DNA from: Actinomycetota bacterium
GTDB taxonomy: Bacteria > Actinomycetota > Actinomycetes > Actinomycetales > Microbacteriaceae
Assembly (NCBI GenBank): GCA_041191585.1
Contig: JBEEOO010000001.1
Coordinates: 63,097 to 127,096 of the forward strand
Direction: 5' to 3'
Length of the DNA: 64,000 bases
Positions 9,243-19,718 of this stretch are shown in pieces. A program made the position numbers and the translations under genes. Each line of letters begins with the position of its first letter. Positions within the stretch are counted from its first letter, which is position 1. The notes beneath the pieces are model-generated. The model saw nothing but the letters and a program-made list of their open reading frames with translations. It was not told the origin of the DNA and ran no database searches.

Positions 9243-10127
9243 GTGCAGTTGAACACCGCCAAAGATCCACTTGAAGACCTTTTGAATGCTTTAGATCTAA
9301 AAGAACTTGGCGAAAACCCAGACGCTTTCGAAGGCCCAAGTCAGTGGATGCCGCATGGAAGAGTTTTTGGTGGTCAGGTTTTGGCGCAGTGCCTAATTGC
9401 GGCACAGCGCACTATCGACGATCGTCCGGTTCACTCGCTTCACGGATACTTTTTGCGAGCCGGCGACATTAATCAGCCAATCACTTTTGCAGTTGACCGC
9501 CTGCGTGACGGACGTTCTTTCAGCACCCGTCGCGTTCAGGCGTTCCAAAACGGCGAGGCGATGTTTTCGATGATTGCTTCGTTCCAGGTTGTCGGCCCCG
9601 GAATTCATCACCAAGATCTAATGCCCGCAGGCATTCCGGCGCCAGAGACCTTGCCTAGCGCTTATGACGTTTTGGGAGAGCATGACCATCCGATGGCTCA
9701 GTTCTGGGCCAAGGCGCGGCCATTCGATATTCGACATGTCGATGGCAATGTTTATGTGCCGAGTGATATCACCCGCGTGGCTCACCAGGCAACTTGGTTC
9801 AAAGCAAACGGTGCAATGCCAGAGGACCAATCGCTGCATCGAGCTGCAATTGCATATGCCAGCGACTATTCAATTCTTGAACCGATTTTTAGACGTCACG
9901 CTTTAACTTGGGCACACAAGGGCTTATCGGAAGCCAGCTTGGATCACGCCATGTGGTTCCACCGTGATGCCCGAGCCGACGAATGGTTGCTATACGTGAC
10001 TGAATCGCCTAGCGCTCAAGGTGGCCGAGGTCTGGCCTCTGGCAAAATCTTCAGTCGTGATGGTGTCTTGGTTGCCACTGTTGCGCAAGAAGGAATGATT
10101 CGCATCCCTGAAATCGGACTCAACTAG
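9243..10127 (+). CDS. tesB: Acyl-CoA thioesterase II
   Basis: GRVFGGQVLAQ, DGRSFSTRRV, ASLDHAMWFH, VAQEG. The start could instead be TTG at 9249. Confidence 0.93.
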   Translation: MQLNTAKDPLEDLLNALDLKELGENPDAFEGPSQWMPHGRVFGGQVLAQCLIAAQRTIDDRPVHSLHGYFLRAGDINQPITFAVDRLRDGRSFSTRRVQAFQNGEAMFSMIASFQVVGPGIHHQDLMPAGIPAPETLPSAYDVLGEHDHPMAQFWAKARPFDIRHVDGNVYVPSDITRVAHQATWFKANGAMPEDQSLHRAAIAYASDYSILEPIFRRHALTWAHKGLSEASLDHAMWFHRDARADEWLLYVTESPSAQGGRGLASGKIFSRDGVLVATVAQEGMIRIPEIGLN

Positions 10128-10134
10128 GAGAGAA

Positions 10135-11490
10135 ATGATTAATCGGCAGTTGCTTGCAGACTTGAATCAAATTGAAGTCTCGCTGTTCGAGGCGAGTCAC
10201 CCTAAATCTAAAGCTGCCTATGCGGCTGCAGACAACCTATTTGGTCGAGTTCCAATGACTTGGATGAATAAGAAGTCAACTGGGTTCCCGATTTATTTCG
10301 AAAAAGCCGAAGGTAACCGGGTATGGGACATCGACGGAAACGAGTACATCGATTTTGCGCTTGGCGACACTGGCGCTATGGCCGGCCACAAATCTCAAGC
10401 TGTTTCTGAAGCGATTGTGAATAGAGTTGCAAACCAAGGTGGCCTAACCACGATGATGCCGACTGAGGATGCTCAGTGGGTAGCCAAGAACTTGACTGAA
10501 CGTTTTGGTATGGCTAAGTGGAGTTTTTCGCTCACGGCCACTGACGCAAATCGTTGGGCCATTCGCCTTGTGAGGGCGATTACTGGCAAGCCGAAAATCC
10601 TATTTCACAGCTACTGCTACCACGGCTCTGTTGATGAGTCTCTAATTGTGACCGGAAACGGGGATCTGGGAGTTAATCGTCCGGGAAACGTGGGTTCACC
10701 GGTAGATGTCACATTGACAAGTCGCGTGGCTGAATTCAACGATCTAGATGGCCTGGAGCGACAACTTGCAGCAGGCGATGTTGCCGCGGTGCTTATGGAG
10801 CCAGCGCTCACAAACATCGGCATTGTTCTGCCCGAGCCGGGCTATTTGCAAGGCGTTCGAGAACTGACTCAAAAATATGACGCCTTGCTGATAATCGATG
10901 AAACGCATACGTTCTCGGCTGACTGGGGTGGCATGACTCGTCGCGACCAGCTAAAACCAGACGTATTTGTGATCGGAAAGGCAATCGCCGGTGGCATTCC
11001 AATCGGAGCATATGGGCTAAGCGATGAGCTTGCGCAGCGCGTTCTTGAGCGCTCGGATCTGGATTTGATTGACATGGGCGGTGTCGGTGGCACCCTTGCT
11101 GGAAACCCGCTTTCGATGACAGCTGCTAGAGCGACGCTTGAAAAAGTACTTACTGAAGAAAACTTCGCCACAATGATCGAATTGGCGACTTATTACACCG
11201 ATGGAGTAAACGAGCTCTTCAATCGCTACAACCTACCTTGGTCAATAAACCAGCTGGGAGCTAGGGCTGAATATCGCTTTGCAAAGCCATATCCAATTAC
11301 CGGAACCGCAGCGCATGAATCTGCTGATTATGAATTGGAAGACTTTATTCACCTCTATTTAGCCAATCGAGGTGTTTTGCTAACTCCTTTTCACAACATG
11401 GCGCTCATGTGCCCAACCACGACCAAGGCAGACGTTGATCGTCACCATGAAGTTTTTGAAGAGGTAATTCAAAAACTTTTGGCGCTATAA
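10135..11490 (+). CDS. Class III PLP aminotransferase (GSA-aminomutase-like fold)
   Basis: WDIDGNEYIDF, CYHG, IIDETHT, IGKAIAGG, GGTLAGNP. Confidence 0.85.
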   Translation: MINRQLLADLNQIEVSLFEASHPKSKAAYAAADNLFGRVPMTWMNKKSTGFPIYFEKAEGNRVWDIDGNEYIDFALGDTGAMAGHKSQAVSEAIVNRVANQGGLTTMMPTEDAQWVAKNLTERFGMAKWSFSLTATDANRWAIRLVRAITGKPKILFHSYCYHGSVDESLIVTGNGDLGVNRPGNVGSPVDVTLTSRVAEFNDLDGLERQLAAGDVAAVLMEPALTNIGIVLPEPGYLQGVRELTQKYDALLIIDETHTFSADWGGMTRRDQLKPDVFVIGKAIAGGIPIGAYGLSDELAQRVLERSDLDLIDMGGVGGTLAGNPLSMTAARATLEKVLTEENFATMIELATYYTDGVNELFNRYNLPWSINQLGARAEYRFAKPYPITGTAAHESADYELEDFIHLYLANRGVLLTPFHNMALMCPTTTKADVDRHHEVFEEVIQKLLAL

Positions 11491-11492
11491 GA

Positions 11493-11526
11493 ACAAAAAC
11501 CCACCGAACTATCGGTGGGTTTTTGT
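11493..11526. terminator. Bidirectional intrinsic terminator
   Basis: ACAAAAACCCACCGA-ACTA-TCGGTGGGTTTTTGT between convergent genes. Confidence 0.88.
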
Positions 11527-11541
11527 GTAGATTTTCGAAAT

Positions 11542-13224
11542 CTAGTCGCGAGTTAGTCGACGATAGGTTGAACGATGAGGCTTGGCTGCGTCAGCGCCGA
11601 GTCGAGCAATCTTGTTCTCTTCGTATGCCTCAAAGTTTCCTTCGAACCAGTACCACGCGTCTGGGTTATCTTCAGTGCCCTCGTAGGCCAGAATGTGCGA
11701 AGCAACGCGGTCAAGGAACCAGCGGTCGTGTGTAATGACCACCGCACACCCCGGGAATGCAAGCAATGCGTTTTCAAGGCTGCCGAGGGTTTCTACGTCA
11801 AGGTCGTTTGTAGGTTCGTCGAGCAGCAGCAGGTTTCCGCCCTGCTTCAGGGTCAAAGCGAGGTTAAGACGGTTGCGCTCACCGCCCGACAAAACACCTG
11901 CCGGTTTTTGCTGGTCTGGGCCCTTGAAGCCGAAAGCGGCAACATAAGCACGAGAAGGCATTTCTTGGTTTCCGACCTGCATGTAGTCGAGACCGTCCGA
12001 GACAACCTCCCAGAGAGTCTTGTCTGGATCGATACCTCCACGCCCCTGGTCTACGTATGAAATCTTTACGGTTTCACCGATTTTGAGGTCTCCACCATCG
12101 AGTTTTTCAAGACCAACGATGGTTTTGAAGAGGGTTGATTTTCCGACACCGTTCGGGCCAATTACGCCGACGATTCCGTTTCGCGGAAGGCTGAAGCTCA
12201 AGCCGTTGATCAATGAACGGCCATCGAAACCTTTTTGAAGGTTCTTTGCTTCAATGACTATGTCGCCGAGACGAGGACCCATCGGGATCTGAATCTCTTC
12301 GAAATCTAACTTTCTGGTGCGGTCGGCTTCGGCTGCCATCTCTTCATATTTAGCTAGACGAGCCTTTGACTTGGTCTGACGGGCCTTTGGTGACGAGCGA
12401 ACCCACTCAAGCTCTTCGCTTAGACGCTTGGCAAGCTTGGCGTCTTTTTTGCCCTGAACCTCTAGACGCTCTTGCTTCTTCTCGAGGTAGGTCGAATAGT
12501 TGCCCTCGTATGGATAGGCGCGACCTCGGTCAAGTTCGAGAATCCATTCAGCCACGTTGTCTAGGAAGTATCGATCGTGTGTCACAGCAAGAACTGCACC
12601 TGGATACTTGGCTAGGTGCTGTTCGAGCCAAAGGACTGACTCGGCATCTAGGTGGTTTGTAGGCTCGTCGAGCAATAGCAGGTCTGGCTTTTCAAGTAGC
12701 AATTTGCATAGAGCAACGCGACGGCGCTCACCTCCCGATAGGTGGGTCACCGGCATGTCGCCAGGAGGGCAACGAAGTGCGTCCATGGCTTGCTCAAGTT
12801 GACTGTCTAAGTCCCAGGCATCAAGGTGATCGATTTCTTCTTGCAAGGTCCCCATCTCGGCAAGAAGAGTGTCGAAATCTGCATCTGGCTCTGACATCAG
12901 CGCCGAGATTTCATTGAAGCGATCAAGTTTTGCTTTTGTCTCTTTGACCGCAAGCTCAACGTTGCCAAGCACGGTAAGTGAATCGTCAAGCGGTGGCTCC
13001 TGCAGCAAAATGCCGACGGTGTATTCAGGGCTCAAACGAGCCTCACCGTTGCTAGGCGTGTCAAGTCCGGCCATGATCTTTAGCACGGTTGACTTTCCGG
13101 CTCCGTTTGGTCCGACTACACCGATTTTTGCGCCTGGAATAAAGGCGAGGGTGACATCGTCAAGGATTACCTTGTCGCCGTGCGCCTTGCGCGCTTTGAT
13201 CATCTGATAGATGAATTCAGCCAT
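11542..13224 (-). CDS. ettA: Energy-dependent translational throttle ABC-F protein
   Basis: MAEFIY start; two ABC domains (GPNGAGKS/LSGGE and GPNGVGKS/LSGGE). Confidence 0.96.
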   Translation of the reverse strand: MAEFIYQMIKARKAHGDKVILDDVTLAFIPGAKIGVVGPNGAGKSTVLKIMAGLDTPSNGEARLSPEYTVGILLQEPPLDDSLTVLGNVELAVKETKAKLDRFNEISALMSEPDADFDTLLAEMGTLQEEIDHLDAWDLDSQLEQAMDALRCPPGDMPVTHLSGGERRRVALCKLLLEKPDLLLLDEPTNHLDAESVLWLEQHLAKYPGAVLAVTHDRYFLDNVAEWILELDRGRAYPYEGNYSTYLEKKQERLEVQGKKDAKLAKRLSEELEWVRSSPKARQTKSKARLAKYEEMAAEADRTRKLDFEEIQIPMGPRLGDIVIEAKNLQKGFDGRSLINGLSFSLPRNGIVGVIGPNGVGKSTLFKTIVGLEKLDGGDLKIGETVKISYVDQGRGGIDPDKTLWEVVSDGLDYMQVGNQEMPSRAYVAAFGFKGPDQQKPAGVLSGGERNRLNLALTLKQGGNLLLLDEPTNDLDVETLGSLENALLAFPGCAVVITHDRWFLDRVASHILAYEGTEDNPDAWYWFEGNFEAYEENKIARLGADAAKPHRSTYRRLTRD

Positions 13225-13354
13225 GAAATTGGATCACTTTCGATTTGAATTGCCGTGCTTAGAAATCTCGCTAGCCGGCCCGCGAACTGCTCGACAAGTT
13301 TAGCTGACCAGCGACAGTAGCCACGTTTTGCCGAAGACACTCGAGAGCGGAGCA

Positions 13355-13387
13355 CCGGCCTGGCTCGAGGGGTTGAAGCCAGGCCGG
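13355..13387 (-). terminator. GC-rich hairpin just downstream of ssb (possible terminator without a U tract)
   Basis: Inverted repeat CCGGCCTGGCT/AGCCAGGCCGG. ettA has its own TAAACT -10-like element near 13297-13302. Confidence 0.5.
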
Positions 13388-13403
13388 CGACTTTATGGTG
13401 CGA

Positions 13404-13826
13404 CTATGCGTCGACCAAATCCTTTTCTTCGTCTAGTTCTTCAATGTCTTCTTCGTTGAACTCTCTGGTCATCACGGTTCGCGTGAAAGATGAATTGCCC
13501 CAGGTCAGGTCGTGGCCCATTGAATCGGCGTCAATTTCAACCGATGTCCCTGAACGCTCACCGTTATCCCAGTCGCGAACGCGAATCTTTCCGGTTACCA
13601 AAATTCGCTCGCCTTTGTTGATTGATGTTGAGGCGTTTATGGCCAGCTGACGAAACGAGGTGACTGTGAACCAATTGGTTTCGCCGTCAACCCACTTATT
13701 TTGTGCTCGATCGAACTTTCGAGCCGATGAAGCGAGTCGAAATGATGTGATCGGCAACCCATCTTGGGTGACCAAATGACGCGGAGTTGTTGCCACTAAA
13801 CCAGTGGCAGTAATTTGCTCTGACAA
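13404..13826 (-). CDS. ssbB: Single-stranded DNA-binding protein, short paralogue (SsbB-type)
   Basis: OB-fold motifs (SFRLASS, DGETNWFTV, EIDADSMGHDL); 140 aa with no terminal PF motif; located upstream of ettA. Confidence 0.88.
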   Translation of the reverse strand: MSEQITATGLVATTPRHLVTQDGLPITSFRLASSARKFDRAQNKWVDGETNWFTVTSFRQLAINASTSINKGERILVTGKIRVRDWDNGERSGTSVEIDADSMGHDLTWGNSSFTRTVMTREFNEEDIEELDEEKDLVDA

Positions 13827-13874
13827 TTTTTTGCCTTTCTCAATGGCCTCGATCGGATGATCGCTGCTGAGATG

Positions 13875-13927
13875 AGGCTTTCAAATGCCCATAGATGTCT
13901 TCACTACTGGTCAGAATCTGTGCATAA
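13875..13927 (-). promoter_or_regulatory. Box-37nt-(-10) promoter of ssbB
   Basis: TTATGCACAG (13927-13918), 37-nt spacer beginning ATT, AAGCCT (13880-13875). Same geometry as the yraN and M23 promoters. Confidence 0.65.
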
Positions 13928-13952
13928 CTGACCTATTTTGGTGGAAAGTCGA

Positions 13953-14474
13953 TTAGTTCAGATACTCAGAAAAAGCCTGTCGAGCTTTTATAACTTTCGG
14001 TTGCACAACAGCTAGGCAATAACCCTGGTTAGGGTTTTTCGCAAAGAAATCCTGATGGTATTCCTCGGCTGGCCAGTAATTAATCAAAGGTGAAATCTCA
14101 GTCACCAGTGTTCCGGGCCATAGTGCAGCGGCTCGAGAAAGCGCTGCCTCAAACTCGGTTTTCTGTGCATCGTCTTGATAAAACATGGCGCTTCGATATT
14201 GCGGGCCAACATCGTGACCCTGACGGTTCAGTTGCCTAGGGTCATGAATCGTGAAAAAAATGCCGAGGACAACCTCTGCCGAAATCACAGTTTCGTCGAA
14301 TGTGATTTTTACCACTTCTGCATGCCCGGTCTCGGCCGAACAAACGGCTTCATAGCTTGGGTTATCTATCCAACCGCCTGAGTAGCCGACCTCGACATCG
14401 ATGACTCCGTTGAACTGAATGAACGCGCTATCTAAACACCAGAAGCAACCGCCGCCTAAAACATACGATTTCAT
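13953..14474 (-). CDS. msrA: Peptide methionine sulfoxide reductase A
   Basis: GGGCFWC, GHAEVV, RQGHDVGPQYRS, AEEYHQ. Confidence 0.95.
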   Translation of the reverse strand: MKSYVLGGGCFWCLDSAFIQFNGVIDVEVGYSGGWIDNPSYEAVCSAETGHAEVVKITFDETVISAEVVLGIFFTIHDPRQLNRQGHDVGPQYRSAMFYQDDAQKTEFEAALSRAAALWPGTLVTEISPLINYWPAEEYHQDFFAKNPNQGYCLAVVQPKVIKARQAFSEYLN

Positions 14475-14496
14475 AGCTCTAGCCTAGGCTTGAACC
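14475..14496. promoter_or_regulatory. Bidirectional leaderless promoter (overlapping TAGGCT -10 elements)
   Basis: Palindrome AGCCTAGGCT gives TAGGCT-N6-ATG on both strands. Confidence 0.75.
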
Positions 14497-15498
<1,002 letters not shown>

Positions 15499-15540
15499 CA
15501 AGCTCGAATAATATTCAACAGAGGTAAAAGGACATAAATA

Positions 15541-15918
15541 ATGGCGACTATTGAATTAAATGAGGCTAACTTCGGCGAGCACGTCACTAGTGCTGGCATC
15601 ACCATTGTTGATTTCTGGGCTGAATGGTGCGGTCCTTGTCGTCAATTCGGCCCAATTTTTGAAGAGGCCTCAACTAAGCACACCGAAATCACCTTCGGCA
15701 AGGTAGACACCGAGGCGAATCAACAGCTAGCCGCTCAGGCAAACATCACATCGATTCCCACTTTGATGGTGTTTCGAGACGGCGTCTTGCTTTACAACCG
15801 CCCAGGCGCTCTTCCGGGCGCTTCGCTCGAGGAACTTATTTCGGCTGTCGAACAGTTAGATATGGATGAGGTGCGAGCTGACATAGCTTCACAGGCCAGC
15901 GCCTCCAAAAACGACTAA
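15541..15918 (+). CDS. trxA: Thioredoxin
   Basis: DFWAEWCGPC and SIPTL motifs. Confidence 0.92.
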   Translation: MATIELNEANFGEHVTSAGITIVDFWAEWCGPCRQFGPIFEEASTKHTEITFGKVDTEANQQLAAQANITSIPTLMVFRDGVLLYNRPGALPGASLEELISAVEQLDMDEVRADIASQASASKND

Positions 15919-15941
15919 GTCGATAGGAATCGAGGCAACAA

Positions 15942-16172
15942 ATGCAGATTCAAAATAATTCAATGGCAATGATCGCCACCGTAGCTGTAGTGGGCGTTTT
16001 AGCCTCGCTAATCGGCTTTTTCGACCCGACAACCTGCTCGAATACACAGATTGATGGCTGGACATCCTGCCAGTCGATTGCAAACGACCGAAAAATTGGC
16101 AGCATCGTACTTTTGACTATTTCGCTGCTTGGCTTTGCTGTTTCAGCGGTTCGAACTAAATCTAAGCGATAG
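15942..16172 (+). CDS. Small two-TM membrane protein of unknown function
   Basis: 76 aa; two hydrophobic helices flank a loop with two Cys; basic C-terminal tail; GAGG upstream. Confidence 0.6.
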   Translation: MQIQNNSMAMIATVAVVGVLASLIGFFDPTTCSNTQIDGWTSCQSIANDRKIGSIVLLTISLLGFAVSAVRTKSKR

Positions 16173-17280
16173 CCTCAGTCAAACTTGCCGACGGCAAATC
16201 AGCGAAAGCGTGCTGAACGCCAGCGTAGGTCACTTTGCCATTCCAAACGTTCAGACCTTTAGCTAGAGCCTCGTCGTTCGCCAAGGCCGTCTTCCAACCT
16301 TTTTCTGCGATCGAGATCACGTATGGCAGAGTCGCGTTAGTCAAGGCGACCGTGGACGTTGCAGGAACTGCGCCTGGCATGTTTGCCACGCAGTAATAAG
16401 TGCTGTTGTGAACTTTGAAAGTGGGCGCGTCATGGGTCGTTGGCTTCGAATTCTCGAAGCATCCACCCTGATCGATTGCAATGTCAACCAAAACCGAGCC
16501 TGACTTCATGGTCTTCACCATGGCATCTGTGACCAGCTTTGGAGCCTTCTCGCCAGGAATTAATACAGAACCGATGACTAGGTCTGCGTCACGCAGCTCA
16601 TTGGAAATCTCGTAGGCGGTTGAAACTCGAGTCTTTACCTGACCGCCAAAGCGTGCATCTAGCTCACGCAATTTAGGCAATGAAATGTCGATTACCGTAA
16701 CGTCTGCCTGCATGCCTAACGCCATTGTCGCTGCGTGTTCACCGGCAACGCCGCCGCCAATCACCACAACCTTTGCTTTTGCAGCACCAGGGACTCCGCC
16801 CATCAAAACACCACGCCCACCCTCATTTTTCATTAGCTGGTATGCGCCAATTTGAGCCGAAAGGCGACCGGCAACCTCGCTCATTGGTTGCAAAAGCGGC
16901 AAGCTACGGTTTGGCAGCTGAACGGTTTCATATGCAATCGCAATCGAGCCGGCGGCCATCAGTGCCTCGGTGCATGGCCTTGAAGCGGCAAGGTGAAGGT
17001 AGGTGAACAGGACCTGATCTTTGCGAAGCTTCGAATATTCCGCTGCGATTGGCTCCTTCACTTTTAGGAGAAGGTCGCCAACCTGCCAAACTTCATCGGC
17101 AGTATCCAGAATTGTCGCGCCCTGTGCCCGGTAGTCAATATCGCTAAAGCTTGAACCCACGCCTGCGCCAGCTTCAATGAAAACCTCGTGACCGCGTCTG
17201 ACCAACTCATGAACCCCCGCTGGCGTAATCGCAACACGGTTTTCGTTGTTCTTTATTTCGGCCGGAACTCCGATGCGCAT
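16162..17280 (-). CDS. ald: Alanine dehydrogenase
   Basis: EIKNNENRV, KVKEP, FTYLHLA, IAIDQGGC, YCVANMPG. Confidence 0.96.
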   Translation of the reverse strand: MRIGVPAEIKNNENRVAITPAGVHELVRRGHEVFIEAGAGVGSSFSDIDYRAQGATILDTADEVWQVGDLLLKVKEPIAAEYSKLRKDQVLFTYLHLAASRPCTEALMAAGSIAIAYETVQLPNRSLPLLQPMSEVAGRLSAQIGAYQLMKNEGGRGVLMGGVPGAAKAKVVVIGGGVAGEHAATMALGMQADVTVIDISLPKLRELDARFGGQVKTRVSTAYEISNELRDADLVIGSVLIPGEKAPKLVTDAMVKTMKSGSVLVDIAIDQGGCFENSKPTTHDAPTFKVHNSTYYCVANMPGAVPATSTVALTNATLPYVISIAEKGWKTALANDEALAKGLNVWNGKVTYAGVQHAFADLPSASLTEAIA

Positions 17281-17340
17281 TTGCTGCCCCTTTGGTCAAT
17301 CGATTGATTTGCAACTCGTGTCAATAGTGCAGGAATCTCG

Positions 17341-17402
17341 TTTCAATTCGGTAAATTCAGCAATTATTCGAGTAAATTCGAATGATTTTCGAATAATCTT
17401 CA
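17341..17402. promoter_or_regulatory. Putative AldR/Lrp operator array
   Basis: AT-rich region with TTCR repeated about every 10-11 bp; GA-N7-TC sites at 17380-17390 and 17391-17401. Confidence 0.6.
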
Positions 17403-17405
17403 ATT

Positions 17406-17909
17406 ATGAAACGTGATCTGACTGATAAACCGAATTATCTACGAACTGAATTAGACGAAACTGATCTCGACATTTTGCGACTGCTCAAGGCAAACGCTCG
17501 CATGACAAATGCTGATTTAGCAGCTGCGGTAGGCATAGCTCAGTCGACCTGCATCGGGCGCGTGCGGGCATTGGTGTCACATGGGGTTATAAGTGGCTTC
17601 CACGCCGAAATTGAGCCAGCCAAGGTTGGGCTAGATAGCCAAGTGTTGATTTCGGTTACGCTTCGCGCTGGGGCTCGCTCTCACCTAAATGAATTCATGG
17701 ATCAAATGCGTCGCCGCCCCGAAGTTGTGCAGGTTTTCTTCCTTGGCGGAACGGAAGACTTCATAGTTCACCTGGCGGTTGCAGACTCTAAAGCTGTGAG
17801 AGAGTTTGTATTGGAATATTTATCTAATAATCCAACTGTGGCATCCACCAGAACCAACTTGGTGTTTGACCACTTCAAAGGCAAAGGAGCCAACTATGAG
17901 GGTATTTAA
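17406..17909 (+). CDS. aldR: Lrp/AsnC-family regulator (AldR-like), divergent from ald
   Basis: LDETDLDILRLLKANARMTNADLA HTH plus a C-terminal RAM domain. Confidence 0.88.
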   Translation: MKRDLTDKPNYLRTELDETDLDILRLLKANARMTNADLAAAVGIAQSTCIGRVRALVSHGVISGFHAEIEPAKVGLDSQVLISVTLRAGARSHLNEFMDQMRRRPEVVQVFFLGGTEDFIVHLAVADSKAVREFVLEYLSNNPTVASTRTNLVFDHFKGKGANYEGI

Positions 17910-18702
17910 CAAAGTCGCGGTGGTCACCGGTGCCGGAAACGGCATGGGTCGCGAAATGACCCTTCAGCTGCTTAGTCGCGGCGCAAAGGTATTTGGCATA
18001 GACCTGAAATCTGATGCCCTCATCGAAACCGCTGCAGTTGCCGGGCATAATCCTAATTTCAAATTTCTCGCTGCCGACATCACAGATCGCGAAGCTGTCG
18101 CTGGGCTGCCTGCAGCCGTAAAGGCGGCTTTTGGCGAAACTGACCTGCTCATTAATAACGCTGGCATCATTCAGCCCTTCGTCAAGGTGAACGATTTAGA
18201 TTTGGCTGCTGCCGACCACGTAATGAATGTCAACTTCAATGGCACGCTAAACATGGTCAAAGCATTTTTGCCGGTGCTGCTGGGCAGGCCAGAAGCGCAA
18301 ATTGCAAACGTTTCATCCATGGGCGGCTATGGCCCTGTGCCAGGACAAACCGTTTATGGCGCTTCAAAAGCAGCCGTAAAGCTTCTCACCGAGGGCTTGC
18401 GTTCAGAACTTCTAGCCACTCCCGTCACTGTGACTTTGATTTATCCTGGTGCTATTGCAACCAACATCGCCGCTAACTCTCTGCCTGGCGCACCCGTTAT
18501 GACCGCCGATAGTGCCGTAGCTTCGAAGTTCAAGATGACTAGCGCCAAAGATGCAGGGCGAATGATGATTGATGGCATTGAGGCTGGCAAGGCTCGAGTA
18601 TTTATCGGATCTGATGCTTCAGGGCTAGACAAAATCATGCGATTGATGCCAGTAAAAGGTGCGGAGATTATTGCCAAGCAAATGAAAGATTTGCTCAAGT
18701 AG
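17896..18702 (+). CDS. Short-chain dehydrogenase/reductase
   Basis: TGAGNGMG, NNAG and YGASK motifs; ATG at 17896 after AAGGAG. Confidence 0.92.
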   Translation: MRVFNKVAVVTGAGNGMGREMTLQLLSRGAKVFGIDLKSDALIETAAVAGHNPNFKFLAADITDREAVAGLPAAVKAAFGETDLLINNAGIIQPFVKVNDLDLAAADHVMNVNFNGTLNMVKAFLPVLLGRPEAQIANVSSMGGYGPVPGQTVYGASKAAVKLLTEGLRSELLATPVTVTLIYPGAIATNIAANSLPGAPVMTADSAVASKFKMTSAKDAGRMMIDGIEAGKARVFIGSDASGLDKIMRLMPVKGAEIIAKQMKDLLK

Positions 18703-18737
18703 CTCAAAAGAGATAAACCGCAAATACACTTGAAAGC

Positions 18738-19718
18738 ATGTCTGGATACATGCTCTTTGAAATCATTTCAATGGTCGCTCTGACCACTTTGCTGCTAGTC
18801 GATGTTCTGGTTATTTCTCGCAAGCCACACATTCCATCTACCAAAGAATCAACAGCATGGGTGCTGTTTTATGCAGTCCTAGCACTTGTATTCTTCGGCA
18901 TACTTTTTGCAACCGGTGAGCGCGTTCGTGCCACTGAGTTTTTGGCTGGTTGGCTCACCGAATACAGCTTGAGCATCGACAACCTTTTCGTTTTCGTCAT
19001 TATCATGACCCGGTTTGCGGTGCCTAAGAAGCTTCAGCAAGAAGTGCTGATGGTAGGTGTGATTTTGGCCCTCGTGCTTCGCGGTATTTTCATTCTCGCC
19101 GGCGCTGCGCTGATTGAGTCATTCAGCTGGATCTTCTACGTGTTCGGTGCGTTCCTGATTTACACCGCATATCACCAGGCATTCCGAAGCCATGAAGACG
19201 AAGAAGAAACCGAGAGCAAGCTGATAATTTGGTTGCGTCGGCACGTTGAAGTCTCAAAAGATTTCGACGGCGCGAAAATTCGCACCACCGTGAACGGCAA
19301 AAAAATCTTTACCCCGATGCTGGTGGTATTCGTCGCGATCGCGGCAACTGACGTAATGTTTGCCTTCGACTCAATTCCAGCAATTTTCGGTATAACCACT
19401 GATCCGTTCCTAGTCTTCACTGCAAACGTATTCGCCCTAATGGGTCTTCGACAGCTGTACTTCTTGCTAGGCGGTTTGCTAGACAAGCTCGACTACCTAA
19501 AGTACGGAATCGCGTTCATCCTTGGTTTCATCGGAGTCAAGCTGGTAGCCCACGCAATGCACGTAAATGAGCTTCCATTCATCAATAACGGCAAGCACAT
19601 TGAATGGGCGCCAGAAATTCCAACCGAAGTTTCACTAGGAGTTATTGTTTCTTCAATTGCCGTTTCAGCGATTGCCAGCGCAATTAAACTTCGCAAAGAA
19701 ACTAAGAACGCGCAATAA
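18738..19718 (+). CDS. TerC/Alx-family membrane protein
   Basis: EYSLSIDNLFVF, FAFDSIPA, FALMGLRQLYF. Confidence 0.92.
   Translation: MSGYMLFEIISMVALTTLLLVDVLVISRKPHIPSTKESTAWVLFYAVLALVFFGILFATGERVRATEFLAGWLTEYSLSIDNLFVFVIIMTRFAVPKKLQQEVLMVGVILALVLRGIFILAGAALIESFSWIFYVFGAFLIYTAYHQAFRSHEDEEETESKLIIWLRRHVEVSKDFDGAKIRTTVNGKKIFTPMLVVFVAIAATDVMFAFDSIPAIFGITTDPFLVFTANVFALMGLRQLYFLLGGLLDKLDYLKYGIAFILGFIGVKLVAHAMHVNELPFINNGKHIEWAPEIPTEVSLGVIVSSIAVSAIASAIKLRKETKNAQ

Noticed and set aside
13915-13950. DnaA-like boxes as a replication origin
   Set aside because: The boxes are single or paired and sit at a fixed promoter distance. There is no box cluster, unwinding element or dnaA/dnaN nearby.
18703-18737. 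yybP-ykoY Mn riboswitch before terC/alx
   Set aside because: The intergenic gap is only 35 bp and carries a leaderless TACACT-N7-ATG signature.
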